Positions 40,769-50,077 of a stretch of 64,000 nucleotides of DNA are shown here, piece by piece. The translations under genes were made by a program, and so were the position numbers. Where the stretch lies: contig JAUCBJ010000306.1 in assembly GCA_032718475.1 (NCBI GenBank), forward strand, positions 1 to 64,000. The letters are read 5' to 3'. The stretch's first letter is position 1, and each line of letters opens with the position of its first letter. This stretch comes from Nemertoderma westbladi (lineage: Eukaryota > Animalia > Xenacoelomorpha). The notes below the pieces were generated by a model that saw nothing but the letters and a program-made list of their open reading frames with translations, was not told the DNA's origin and made no database searches.

Positions 40769-43700
40769 CTAACTAGGGCGATTCTTCCAACAGGCACTCT
40801 CCCACTGCTGCTCTTGTAGGTCCTGTAGGATTCGCCGCACTCTCTTCGCCAATTCCATCTCACCAGGAATTGGTTCTCTCTCTTCTGCCACCCTAAGGTT
40901 GGGTCTCTCCACCGCCTTCTTAGCTAGCTCGTCTCCTGGCATCAGAATGCCACCTCTCTCCTTATTATCTCCCGCCGGCAGAATGAATAGAAAGTGAAAG
41001 AACAGGCAGAATAGAAGATATAATAGTAGTCCTATCCCTTTCCATCCCGCCTTCCTTCTCGACTTCCCCCTTGTCGGTATGCCTCCAAACCGGACCGGCG
41101 TCTCTTCCGGACACTCCTCTAGACACTCCTCCAGACACTCCTCTGGAGTATTGTCCTCCGGACACCTCGCCGTCCGCTCCTCTCCATCTCCATACCGATG
41201 CTTGCTGGGAAACCTGCTCTCCTCTGCCCACTTTCTTACTGTCACCTCCCTATCTGGCTCTACTATCTCCTCCGGCTTCTTATCTTCGTTCTCTATGTTT
41301 GCGGTGCCTGGTAACATGCACCCTGATGTCTCTGTCACACTGCATGGTATCTTAGTTTTAACTGGGCCGCTAAGCGTCCATCCGAACGGCGTGAGGATCG
41401 CCGTCGGATCCCGTTGCCTGTCTTCGCCGAAGACCATCTTCGTTCTCTCGTGGGCCGTCGGGCAGTCCATCCCTACTATAATGGACACCTTCCTAACGTC
41501 CACCTTTGGTATTGAGAAATCGATAGCGTCCAGGAATCTATACTGCTCGACCTCAATGTTGGTTGGTCGCCTGGCGTTGATGTTTATCGATTCGATGACG
41601 TGGATGGGGTCGATCGTCGCCCCATAGTCGCATCCCGGTGCAATCGCTGCTACCCTGCACCGCCCCGTCCTCGTCTCTAGGACCTCATCTCTACTCGAGA
41701 CGGTGGTTACCGCCATTCTTTTCAGCCTCGTCTTTAGCCCTATCTCTTCGGCCACCCAGTTCTCCACCAGCGTGAAGGCTGCTCCGCTGTCGACCAGCAT
41801 TAATGTCGTTACTGATCGACCGCCCTCTCCTGATATCTTTACTGGTACTACCCCGAGTAGTACTTCTCTCTTCTTCTCCTCTTCTGTTGTGCTTGTAGCC
41901 ATTGCCTGGCCTCCAGTCTCGGACTCTCTAACTGCTGTCTCTCCACACTCTCCGGATCTGTGTCCTTCTACCACACATCGATGACATAGTCCGTTCGCGT
42001 CTGTGTAGGCTATACGATCTCGTTTGGGCAACGCTTGCCAGTACTTGCAACTCCTGGTCTTATGGGTTCCGTCCCGATGTAATTGACATTGGAATCCTGG
42101 ATTATAGCGTTTCCTGTATAGTCCTTCACGTATCGCGCTTAGGTTTATATGTACCGACTTAATGTTTTGGTTGTCTAGACTCGGCCTACTGGGTATATTG
42201 GGATTGTGTTTATTATATATGGTGTTATTTTCTTTCTGTCCCTGCCACGGTGTGGCCCTACTACCACCTAACTGTGGACTAGCAGTCCCCTGTACGGCCG
42301 CGTGTGGTATTGACTGTCCGCACAACCTGTTCTCGTCCAAGGGGTTCGATGTTCTCGCTCCTATTGGGGTATATTGTCGATATTGTGATGGGGGAATGTC
42401 ACCCTGTCCCCCCCCGGCCGGTATGTTTGGTACTGGGGTTGATGTTAATACATTGGGGCCCATACGTCTATCTCCAATAACTCCCCCCTCCCCTGGATAT
42501 ATGTTATGTCCCTGTGTATTATTATAGTCATGCTGCTGTACCGATATAGGCCTACCTACCTCTCGCCTACCTACCGGTATGTACTCCGCGACTTCCGGGT
42601 TTAATCCCGTCGTTCGCGCTATCCCATCGCCTACTCTATCTCTCCCAGCATGGCCTATAATAGTATGTGCAGTAAGGCCTACAGTATGTCCTGCAGTCTG
42701 CATGTGCCCTTCCGAACCGAAGTTTATTCTTCGCGAATCTCGAATCTCCCCGCGACTACTGCACTCTCGATCGGCAGCTATATCCCGTCGGGAAGTTTCC
42801 CTTCGATCCCCTATCCTGCTCTCGTCTTCGTATTTGTACGTCCTGTACCCCTCTCTTGGCGTGCGGTGCGTTTCTCCGGGGCGACGGCAATCTCCCGAAG
42901 TTCGACCCCACTGGCTCCCTGACTCCATCTCTACTGTCGACGGTCCGTTATCCGTCCTCGTACCGCTATCGTTCGTGGCGACACTTCTTCTACTATCTTC
43001 TCTTCTTCTCTTTTCTGTGTAGTATTCCGGTTCGTGAGATCTCTCGTCGACCTCCCGGTTAAACTCCACTCTTCCTCCTCCCTCTTCTAATCGGGCTCGA
43101 CGCTTCGTCTGCCCTCTCGCGACGTCAACCTGCTTCTCTCTGCTCGATCGCACGCCGCTGGGGATACTCGCAATCCCCCTATTACTCTCCGTCGCCGGTT
43201 GTTGCGGTTTACCTATTTCGGCCCTCGCATTATCCGCTGACGGCTGTGGGACACTCCCTGCCCCCCCTCTCTCTCTACTAATCTCTCGCGGTGGGGTGCC
43301 CGCAGCCCCCCCCCACCCGCTACTTCTAACTTCACTATCTCTTACTACACTTCTGCGTCCCTCTTGTCGGACACTCTCTACCCCCTTTCTCTCGCCACTA
43401 ATCTTCTGTGGTGGGGTGCCCGTAGCCCCCCCCCACTCGCCACATCTAACTTCACTATCTCTTACTTCGTCTCTACACCCCTCTCTAGTCGACGCACTGT
43501 CTCTACTACGGCTGGGTCTATTCACCCCCGCCTCTCTCTCTACTACTGCGTGGCCCATCAGGCCTATTTCGGGTTGGCTCAACCCCGCTTCCTCCTGCCT
43601 ACCAACTACGTGGCCTACCAGGCCGCCGTCGGGTTGGCTCAACCCTGCCACCCCCTGCCTACTAACTACGTGGCCTACCAGGCCACCGTCTGCCGGGTTA

Positions 43701-45286
43701 TGTACGTCCGACACGCTCATATTAATAGCACCATTCCCAATATTATTTGTTAAATCAATTAAATTATTAGAATTCGAATCACCCTGCGGGCTTGAATTGA
43801 AATTATTATTTAGAGTATTTGTATTTAAATTTAAATTACTACTACCCGGTAAAATATTATTTCCTGTAATAAAGGGATTAGGGTTATCTACTACGGTACT
43901 ATTAATATTAACATTTCCTAACGTACTACTATTACCCCCCCCGCCCGTACGGCTATACCAGTTCTGGTTCTCCCGCCCGGTGCCTGTAAGTGGGGTCTCA
44001 CTCTCTGATATCTCCAACCGCGCCAGTTCTAGTCGGCGCCGTTTAAGTTTGGCTTGATATTGCGCAAGCCTCCCTAGCTGAGCACGCAAATCATCCCGCC
44101 TGCGCTCATCCTCTATCCCCTTCTCTCGCATATTCTGTTCGGTCAACTCTGCCCCTCTCGCAAGCATCTCAAACCGCTCGCTCTCTACACCCATCTCTAG
44201 CTCTCTACACTCCTTGGCCCTCTCTCTATACTCCTCGGCCTTCTCTCTACGCTCCCTCTCCAAGCCTCCTACCTTCTCTGAGAATGCGGTTTCCTCTCTC
44301 AATTGCCACTCTAACTCATTCTGCTCTGTCGCAACCTTTTCTAATTTATACGCCACGCGTTCACTCTCTCGCACCCTTCTTTCTTTTGCGGAGGATGTAG
44401 CAGACTTATCGGTTGCGACGGACTCCCGCCGCCCCTCCGTCCCACTAACTTTCCCCCGCCTCCCGGAACTTCCACCGACCGACGAGACCGAACCCGCGGG
44501 GTCAACCTCGGGTTCGCCCTCCTCTGGTCTGTTCCAACCCACTGTTTCTATACCCCGGGCATCGATTAAGTATGGCCCTATGTACACTACTCTAGGTTCT
44601 ATATTCCCATACCGCCATGAGTCATACAGTTCCTCGGCAACCCATGTCGCTCTCTCCTCGGCCAACCCTCTCTGCCCGAAACGCATTAGATAGTATAGAT
44701 GTCTATTCGACTCACCTAGTCCTAGGTTCAGTTTTACCTCGTCTATCCTTCTCCCTTCTCTGGCCTCCTTTATCAGTCTCCGGGTCGCGTTGTAGGCCCG
44801 TCGAAGTCGCTCGGAAACCCCGACGTCCTCGTCGCCGACCCCTCGTCCGTCTCTCCGGGTTCGACGTCGCACCGTCGGCCCCACCGTCGCCGTTCCGGTG
44901 GGCCGTGCGTCGCCCTCGGCCTGCGGTTGGCCGGCGACATCGGTGTCGACATCCCCGTCGTCTCTCCGGGTCCGGCGTCGTACCGTTGGCCCCACCGTCG
45001 CCGTCTCGGTGGGCCGTTCGCCGCCCTCGGCCTGTGGCTGGCCCGCGACGTCGGTATCGACATCCCCGCCTCGTGTCGACTCGTCCCTTCCTACCTCGAG
45101 CCCGATTCCTCTCTCCTCCGGCTCGATCTCCTGTTCCAGGCGGTCCCCCTCTGCTCGACTCTCCGGTTCGCCCGTCTCTAGTGGCTCCGGTGTCGTGGGC
45201 CTGTATCGCCTGGTCGCGGCCTCGCGGATCGTTAGATCTTCGTCGTCCGGGGTCCGCGTGGGTGTCACTTCACCCTTCTCACTCAT
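40769..45286 (-). CDS. BEL/Pao-like Gag-protease polyprotein lacking RT, RNase H and integrase (1505 aa)
   Basis: Coiled coil, then Zn knuckles CQLHRDGTHKTRSC and CHRCVVEGHRSGEC, protease VLLGVVPV..LMLVDSGA, and BEL/Pao-type IIVGMD..PTAILTPFGWTLSGP. No YxDD RT or integrase motifs. Ends with a hydrophobic stretch. Confidence 0.88.
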   Translation of the reverse strand: MSEKGEVTPTRTPDDEDLTIREAATRRYRPTTPEPLETGEPESRAEGDRLEQEIEPEERGIGLEVGRDESTRGGDVDTDVAGQPQAEGGERPTETATVGPTVRRRTRRDDGDVDTDVAGQPQAEGDARPTGTATVGPTVRRRTRRDGRGVGDEDVGVSERLRRAYNATRRLIKEAREGRRIDEVKLNLGLGESNRHLYYLMRFGQRGLAEERATWVAEELYDSWRYGNIEPRVVYIGPYLIDARGIETVGWNRPEEGEPEVDPAGSVSSVGGSSGRRGKVSGTEGRRESVATDKSATSSAKERRVRESERVAYKLEKVATEQNELEWQLREETAFSEKVGGLERERREKAEEYRERAKECRELEMGVESERFEMLARGAELTEQNMREKGIEDERRRDDLRAQLGRLAQYQAKLKRRRLELARLEISESETPLTGTGRENQNWYSRTGGGGNSSTLGNVNINSTVVDNPNPFITGNNILPGSSNLNLNTNTLNNNFNSSPQGDSNSNNLIDLTNNIGNGAINMSVSDVHNPADGGLVGHVVSRQGVAGLSQPDGGLVGHVVGRQEEAGLSQPEIGLMGHAVVEREAGVNRPSRSRDSASTREGCRDEVRDSEVRCGEWGGATGTPPQKISGERKGVESVRQEGRRSVVRDSEVRSSGWGGAAGTPPREISRERGGAGSVPQPSADNARAEIGKPQQPATESNRGIASIPSGVRSSREKQVDVARGQTKRRARLEEGGGRVEFNREVDERSHEPEYYTEKRRREDSRRSVATNDSGTRTDNGPSTVEMESGSQWGRTSGDCRRPGETHRTPREGYRTYKYEDESRIGDRRETSRRDIAADRECSSRGEIRDSRRINFGSEGHMQTAGHTVGLTAHTIIGHAGRDRVGDGIARTTGLNPEVAEYIPVGRREVGRPISVQQHDYNNTQGHNIYPGEGGVIGDRRMGPNVLTSTPVPNIPAGGGQGDIPPSQYRQYTPIGARTSNPLDENRLCGQSIPHAAVQGTASPQLGGSRATPWQGQKENNTIYNKHNPNIPSRPSLDNQNIKSVHINLSAIREGLYRKRYNPGFQCQLHRDGTHKTRSCKYWQALPKRDRIAYTDANGLCHRCVVEGHRSGECGETAVRESETGGQAMATSTTEEEKKREVLLGVVPVKISGEGGRSVTTLMLVDSGAAFTLVENWVAEEIGLKTRLKRMAVTTVSSRDEVLETRTGRCRVAAIAPGCDYGATIDPIHVIESININARRPTNIEVEQYRFLDAIDFSIPKVDVRKVSIIVGMDCPTAHERTKMVFGEDRQRDPTAILTPFGWTLSGPVKTKIPCSVTETSGCMLPGTANIENEDKKPEEIVEPDREVTVRKWAEESRFPSKHRYGDGEERTARCPEDNTPEECLEECLEECPEETPVRFGGIPTRGKSRRKAGWKGIGLLLYLLFCLFFHFLFILPAGDNKERGGILMPGDELAKKAVERPNLRVAEEREPIPGEMELAKRVRRILQDLQEQQWESACWKNRPS

Positions 45287-45353
45287 CTTTCCTTCGTTGG
45301 TGGCTGGTGGTTTACTTTAGGCTAGGTTAGGGCGTTAACTCTTACTTAGTTAC

Positions 45354-45897
45354 TGTGACGGGATCATCCGGAGATGAACCCGATTTATCCGGTTTAGTTC
45401 ACGCGTCCCCGCCGTATGAAAGAGTATAGAGTTGGAGTTATTGTTGTTCGTTATATTCTGACGTTGATATATGCTGATACGATATGGATATAGATACAGA
45501 TATAGAGTGATGTTATACACTGACAATGGCTGTCGGGATGGTAACTAAGATCCCGGTTCTTCCCTAATTGTAACTTACTGTACCACCAGTAACACTGAGA
45601 TAACTGAGGTAATATGATTACTGCTTACTGGTTATATTGCACAGTGGCTTTATTGGTACTCAATCGGTGCCAGCCCCCCTCTGATTGGTTGCTACCCCTG
45701 TTGGCGCCCTTTGAGGTGTTCCCGTTCACCCCAGCTATTCCCTCTTCTGTCAGGATACTAACCCCTGACCCTTATTGTGTGCTTCTCTCTCCCATTCTGT
45801 TGGGGAGGCACGAGTTGGTTGGTACCCAATCTCGTGTCCCCCAATATTGCTTATTGGCTCAACTTTGTGGAGTATTGGCGGGATTGATTCGCTAACA
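45354..45897 (-). repeat. 5' LTR
   Basis: Direct repeat of 39179-39722. Confidence 0.95.
45601..45636 (-). promoter_or_regulatory. Putative LTR core promoter (TATAA plus Inr TCAGTT)
   Basis: Minus-strand TATAA begins at 45636 and the A of TCAGTT is at 45605, giving canonical -31 spacing. Confidence 0.45.
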
Positions 45898-46227
45898 GCC
45901 ACCTAGCGGTGCAGAATTATTTTCACAAAATTTCGCCTGATAGTTATGTTGCCCCATCTTTGATATATCATATAAAAAAACGTTCATGTAATTAGATTCA
46001 AAACTGTAAAAGCCTTAGGGTTTTAAGCGCAACCAAGTTTTTTTTATTGTTAACTAGTATTAACTAATATTAAATAGCGAAAAATAAAAATTTTCTAACC
46101 TGTCATGTAGAATAGCATCTTAGGCACCTATATTCCAAATTATAGCCCAAACCAAACAATCTTGAAACGCTGAGAGTGATAAATTGAAGAGTTGTCCGAA
46201 AATGGTGTACCCCCCCCCCCCCCCCCC

Positions 46228-47604
46228 TTAAGTGAACTGTACTTAACTGACAACTTAAATGAACTGGACTTAACTGACAACTTAAGTGAACTGTACTTAA
46301 CTGACAACTTAAGTGAAATGTACTTAACTGACAACTTAAGTGAACTGTACTTAACTGACAACTTAAGTGAACTGGACTTATCTGACAACTTAAGTGAACT
46401 GGACTTAACTGACAACTTAAGTGAACTGTACTTAACTGACAACTTAAGTGAACTGGACTTAACTGACAACTTAAGTGAACTGGACTTAACTGACAACTTA
46501 AGTGAACTCTACTTAACTGACAACTTAAGTGAACTGGACTTAACTGACAACTTAAGTGAACTGGACTTAACTGACAACTTAAGTGAACTGGACTTGACAA
46601 AAAACTTAAGTGAACTGTACTTAAATGACACTTAACTGACAACTTAAGTGAACTGTACTTAACTGACAACTTAAGTGAACTGTACTTAACTGACAACTTA
46701 AGTGAACTGGACTTAACTGACAACTTAAGTGAACTGTACTTAACTGACAACTTAAGTGAACTGGACTGTACTTAACTGACAACTTAAGTGAACTGGACTT
46801 AACTGACAACTTAAGTGAACTGGACTTAACTGACAACTTAAGTGAACTCTACTTAACTGACCACTTAAGTGAACTGGACTTAACTGACAACTTAAGTGAA
46901 CTGGACTTAACTGACAACTTAAGTGAACTGGACTTGACAAAAAACTTAAGTGAACTGTACTTAAATGACACTTAACTGACAACTTAAGTGAACTGTACTT
47001 AACTGACAACTTAAGTGAACTCTACTTAACTGACAACTTAAGTGAACTGGACTTAACTGACAACTTAAGTGAACTGGACTTGACAAAAAACTTAAGTGAA
47101 CTGTACTTAACTGACAACTTAAGTGAACTCTACTTAACTGACAACTTAAGTGAACTGGACTTAACTGACAACTTAAGTGAACTGGACTTGACAAAAAACT
47201 TAAGTGAACTGTACTTAACTGACAACTTAAGTGAACTGTACTTAACTGACAACTTAAGTGAACTGTACTTAACTGACAACTTAAGTGAACTGTACTTAAC
47301 TGACAACTTAAGTGAACTGTACTTAACTGACAACTTAAGTAAACTGGACTTAACTGACAACTTAAGTGAACTGTACTTAACTGACAACTTAAGTGAACTG
47401 TACTTAACTGACAACTTAAGTGAACTGTACTTAACTGACAACTTAAATGAAATGTACTTAACTGACAACTTAAGTGAAATGGACTTAACTGACAACTTAA
47501 GTGAACTGGACTTAACTGACAACTTAAGTGAACTGGATTTGACAAAAAACTTAAGTGAACTGGACTTGACAAAAAACTTAAGTGAACTGTACTTAACTGA
47601 CAAC
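46228..47604. repeat. 27-bp satellite, block 3
   Basis: Same monomer; ends TTAACTGACAAC|ATAAATATATT. Confidence 0.97.
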
Positions 47605-47889
47605 ATAAATATATTCAATGAAAAATAACCAACTGCATATTTACAGTATTAAACTACACGTTATATGCGACTTCGCGCAGCATGTAAGACATACCACAAC
47701 AGCGGAGCTTAAGTAATGTAGGCCTAAAGTTATCTCTAGTGGTAGAAGTCGGGATGTCTACCGATAGACAGACAACGGACGGACGGACATCCAGATACTG
47801 TATATTCAGTTCCACCGCAGAAATACATAAATTCGACAGAAATACATAAATTGGTTTGTTGTTTTAACTTCTTTTTAATCACTCTTATT

Positions 47890-48015
47890 TTACTTGTCTT
47901 GCCTCTCGTCGAAAGGGTTTGTTATTATAGAGTCATGAATCTCAATAAACAAAGGAACGTAAGTTAGGAAATCGCTTAGATCCATACAATGCATGTGTCT
48001 GAGTTTATAACGAAC
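47890..48015 (-). CDS. EF-hand-like protein, terminal coding exon
   Basis: Acceptor CGTTTTAG, phase 0. Reads VRYKLRHMHCMDLSDFLTYVPLFIEIHDSIITNPFDERQDK*. Confidence 0.82.
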   Translation of the reverse strand, partial: VRYKLRHMHCMDLSDFLTYVPLFIEIHDSIITNPFDERQDK

Positions 48016-48070
48016 CTAAAACGATATAATTATGTGGTTAGACAATTAAAAAAATTAAGTAAAAAAATTG

Positions 48071-48301
48071 GGGTAGGTGTAAAACGCGGATCCGGATCCG
48101 GATTCCAAAATTATCAATTAAGGGAAAGAAGCAGGTTACAGTGGCACGTTATTTTAACCAAAACAATAAACTAAAGTCAATAGAACAGGTTATAGTTTTA
48201 TTTTTGGGAGTTAAAAAAATGTAAAAAAAATCGACTTCCGTAGGGACAATATTAAATGTAGAATCCGGATCCGGATCCGGATCCGCGTTTTACTCTGACC
48301 C
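48071..48301. mobile_element. Mutator-like MITE in an intron
   Basis: TIRs GGGTAGGTGTAAAACGCGGATCCGGATCCGGATTC and GAATCCGGATCCGGATCCGGATCCGCGTTTTACTCTGACCC, with a perfect 9-bp TSD AAAAAATTG. Confidence 0.85.
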
Positions 48302-48412
48302 AAAAAATTGCGCAATTTTCGGAAATCATTAAACGAAACCGTTTCAATTGAATCTCAATTAGTACAGTAGCTGAATGAAAATCATATCATTAATGAATAA
48401 TAGGCTACTAAC

Positions 48413-48587
48413 ATTGTTGATATTTTCCATGCTGATGCCGCCCGCCTGTAATTCTACCAATAGTTGCGGGACCGATATAGCGTTACTGTAATCGTCGACA
48501 TGGGCTAGGAAGAATCCTTTGCACTTGTTTAATCTCATCGTCATGTAACTCAGATCGATTTTCTTTATCATATCTTTCATAAATGAA
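48413..48587 (-). CDS. EF-hand-like protein, internal exon
   Basis: Acceptor TTTAATTCCAG (phase 2). Reads SFMKDMIKKIDL...LLVELQAGGISMENINN. Donor GTTAGT, phase 0. Confidence 0.82.
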
Positions 48588-48661
48588 CTGGAATTAAAAT
48601 TGAATAATATGTAATAAAACTGCGCCGACGTGACGTCATTATTGCGAGGTATTAATCAGTT

Positions 48662-48760
48662 ATGGTAGTTTAGTGGTATTATTATACAAAATGTACCAGC
48701 TGAAGAGACTTGGGATTTAGAAACCTAAATACCGGGTTCGAACCCGTGTGTTGTAAGTTT
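48662..48760 (+). mobile_element. Degenerate tRNA-derived SINE-like head
   Basis: A-box-like TAGTTTAGTGG and B-box GGTTCGAACCC; no clean cloverleaf. Confidence 0.3.
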
Positions 48761-49168
48761 TCGTAATAGAGAGCATTATCATTATTATATTAATATATTT
48801 AAAATACATCGAAGATTTTTCATTAGATTATATAACTTTCTACTGGTTTAATAAACTTATAATAAAACAATGAAGAACCAATACTAAATGGCCTCTAAAA
48901 AAGTTAGTAACACATCGAGTTTATATCATCATATTGCACAATGAGATAAACTTTATTTTATATTATTTATCTGACTTACATATTTTTTAGGATAAGTAAA
49001 ATTATAAAAATATTTTAAATTTAATGTTATATTCCTGTGACGAATTGGCAAATAAGGTATCGAATAGTAATATATCGCATAATAATAAAATGTATCAATA
49101 TCGGTCAAATAAGGAAGTTTACAACCAACTAGATTTCAGTTAAAACAAATATATCTAATTCCACTTAC

Positions 49169-49317
49169 TCTAAACTAGCGATCTTATGCATCAACTGAGC
49201 GAGAATCGCAAATATCTTAAAATCGGCCCCGTAATTTATATTATAATCGCACATTTCTAGAACAGCGAATATAAAAAGTTCCTCTTTTTCAGACAGATTC
49301 AGTGCGCTGCCTAAAGC
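49169..49317 (-). CDS. EF-hand-like protein, internal exon
   Basis: Acceptor TTATTACAG (phase 0). Reads ALGSALNLSEKEELFIFAVLEM...ADFKIFAILAQLMHKIASL. Donor GA|GTAAGT (phase 2) matches the next exon. Confidence 0.82.
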
Positions 49318-49519
49318 CTGTAATAAATAAGTGTTGTTCCGTTATATAAATACAAAATAAATAATAACCTATATTTAGTTGGCTGTAAAGCAGTATTTTC
49401 GGTTTATTCGGAGATAATGTAGCTAACAGCAATACATCACATTATAGTGTTGTTGTATAGTAACACTAAAACAGATTCTTAGGCCTACAGTATCCAGCGT
49501 CTAAGTATCCATAGTAACT

Positions 49520-49898
49520 TAAACGTTATCGCTGCACATGACACACGAAATACCGGAGGCAACCCGAAGGCTCCACTCTCTTGGCTGTTACCTGTAACGT
49601 GGGGAAGGGGGCCACACTAACTCCCAAGCTCGAACGAATACTTTCCTCACTATCCAACTTATTCTTTACTCCCTTCCCACAGTATATGCTAACGTTCCCG
49701 TTACGACTGCTGGACTAAAGCCTTTGAGATAACAGTTTAACCAAAACTGGGCAGCTTCCTTTTCTAGGACTCGAACTCACAAACTCCCGGGAGAAAGACC
49801 ATCGCTCAAACTAACTCGACAACTTAGTAGTTCAAGCAAAATTACACAATCAATAGTTCATAACTAACCTTTAGACCAATAACAACATTGTTAGCAAG
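49520..49898 (-). mobile_element. tRNA-related SINE-like insertion with 18-bp flanking direct repeat
   Basis: B-box GTTCGAGTCC (minus strand, 49767-49776). TAAGTATCCATAGTAACT occurs at 49502-49519 and 49899-49916. Confidence 0.55.
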
Positions 49899-49919
49899 TA
49901 AGTATCCATAGTAACTAAC

Positions 49920-50047
49920 CTTTAGACCAATCAGAACGTCTATAGGTTCGAGGAATCCGTCTTCATCCTCGTCTAGAGATTCAAAAGTTCGGTGGTAACC
50001 GTCGTAACGGTCCCGAGTGAAGATACAATACTTGGCGAGAAAATCAA
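49920..50047 (-). CDS. EF-hand-like protein, exon with EF-hand loop (upstream exons lie beyond the satellite/window)
   Basis: Acceptor TTATTTTCCAG (phase 1). Reads DFLAKYCIFTRDRYDGYHRTFESLDEDEDGFLEPIDVLIGLK, with a DxDxDG loop. Donor AAG|GTTAGT. Four consecutive exons have compatible phases. Confidence 0.85.
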
Positions 50048-50077
50048 CTGGAAAATAAATAACAGATGAGGCCTGTG

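Larger units (their letters stand above)
39179..45897 (-). mobile_element. Complete non-autonomous BEL/Pao-type LTR retrotransposon
   Basis: Two 544-bp TG..CA LTRs (39179-39722, 45354-45897), 5-bp TSD GCCAC (39174-39178 and 45898-45902), PPT GGGGGGAG abutting the 3' LTR, and a single gag-protease ORF. Confidence 0.95.
38841..46227. mobile_element. Second copy of the ~667-bp spacer, split by the LTR retrotransposon
   Basis: 38841-39178 and 45903-46227 together reproduce 34657-35323 with about 6 substitutions. Confidence 0.8.

Noticed and set aside
39439-45895. 93-aa ORFs in the LTRs and plus-strand ORFs across the gag region
   Set aside because: Antisense shadows with no recognisable motifs.
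18659-47628. LRR-like ORFs (LTDNLSELD)n and antisense (LSVKSSSLK)n
   Set aside because: By-products of a 27-bp monomer. Frames are repeatedly broken by indels, the 9-aa period is not an LRR period, and there is no codon-position bias or gene structure.
48662-49830. Functional tRNA genes
   Set aside because: Only A/B-box-like motifs; a cloverleaf could not be built, so these were treated as SINE-like.
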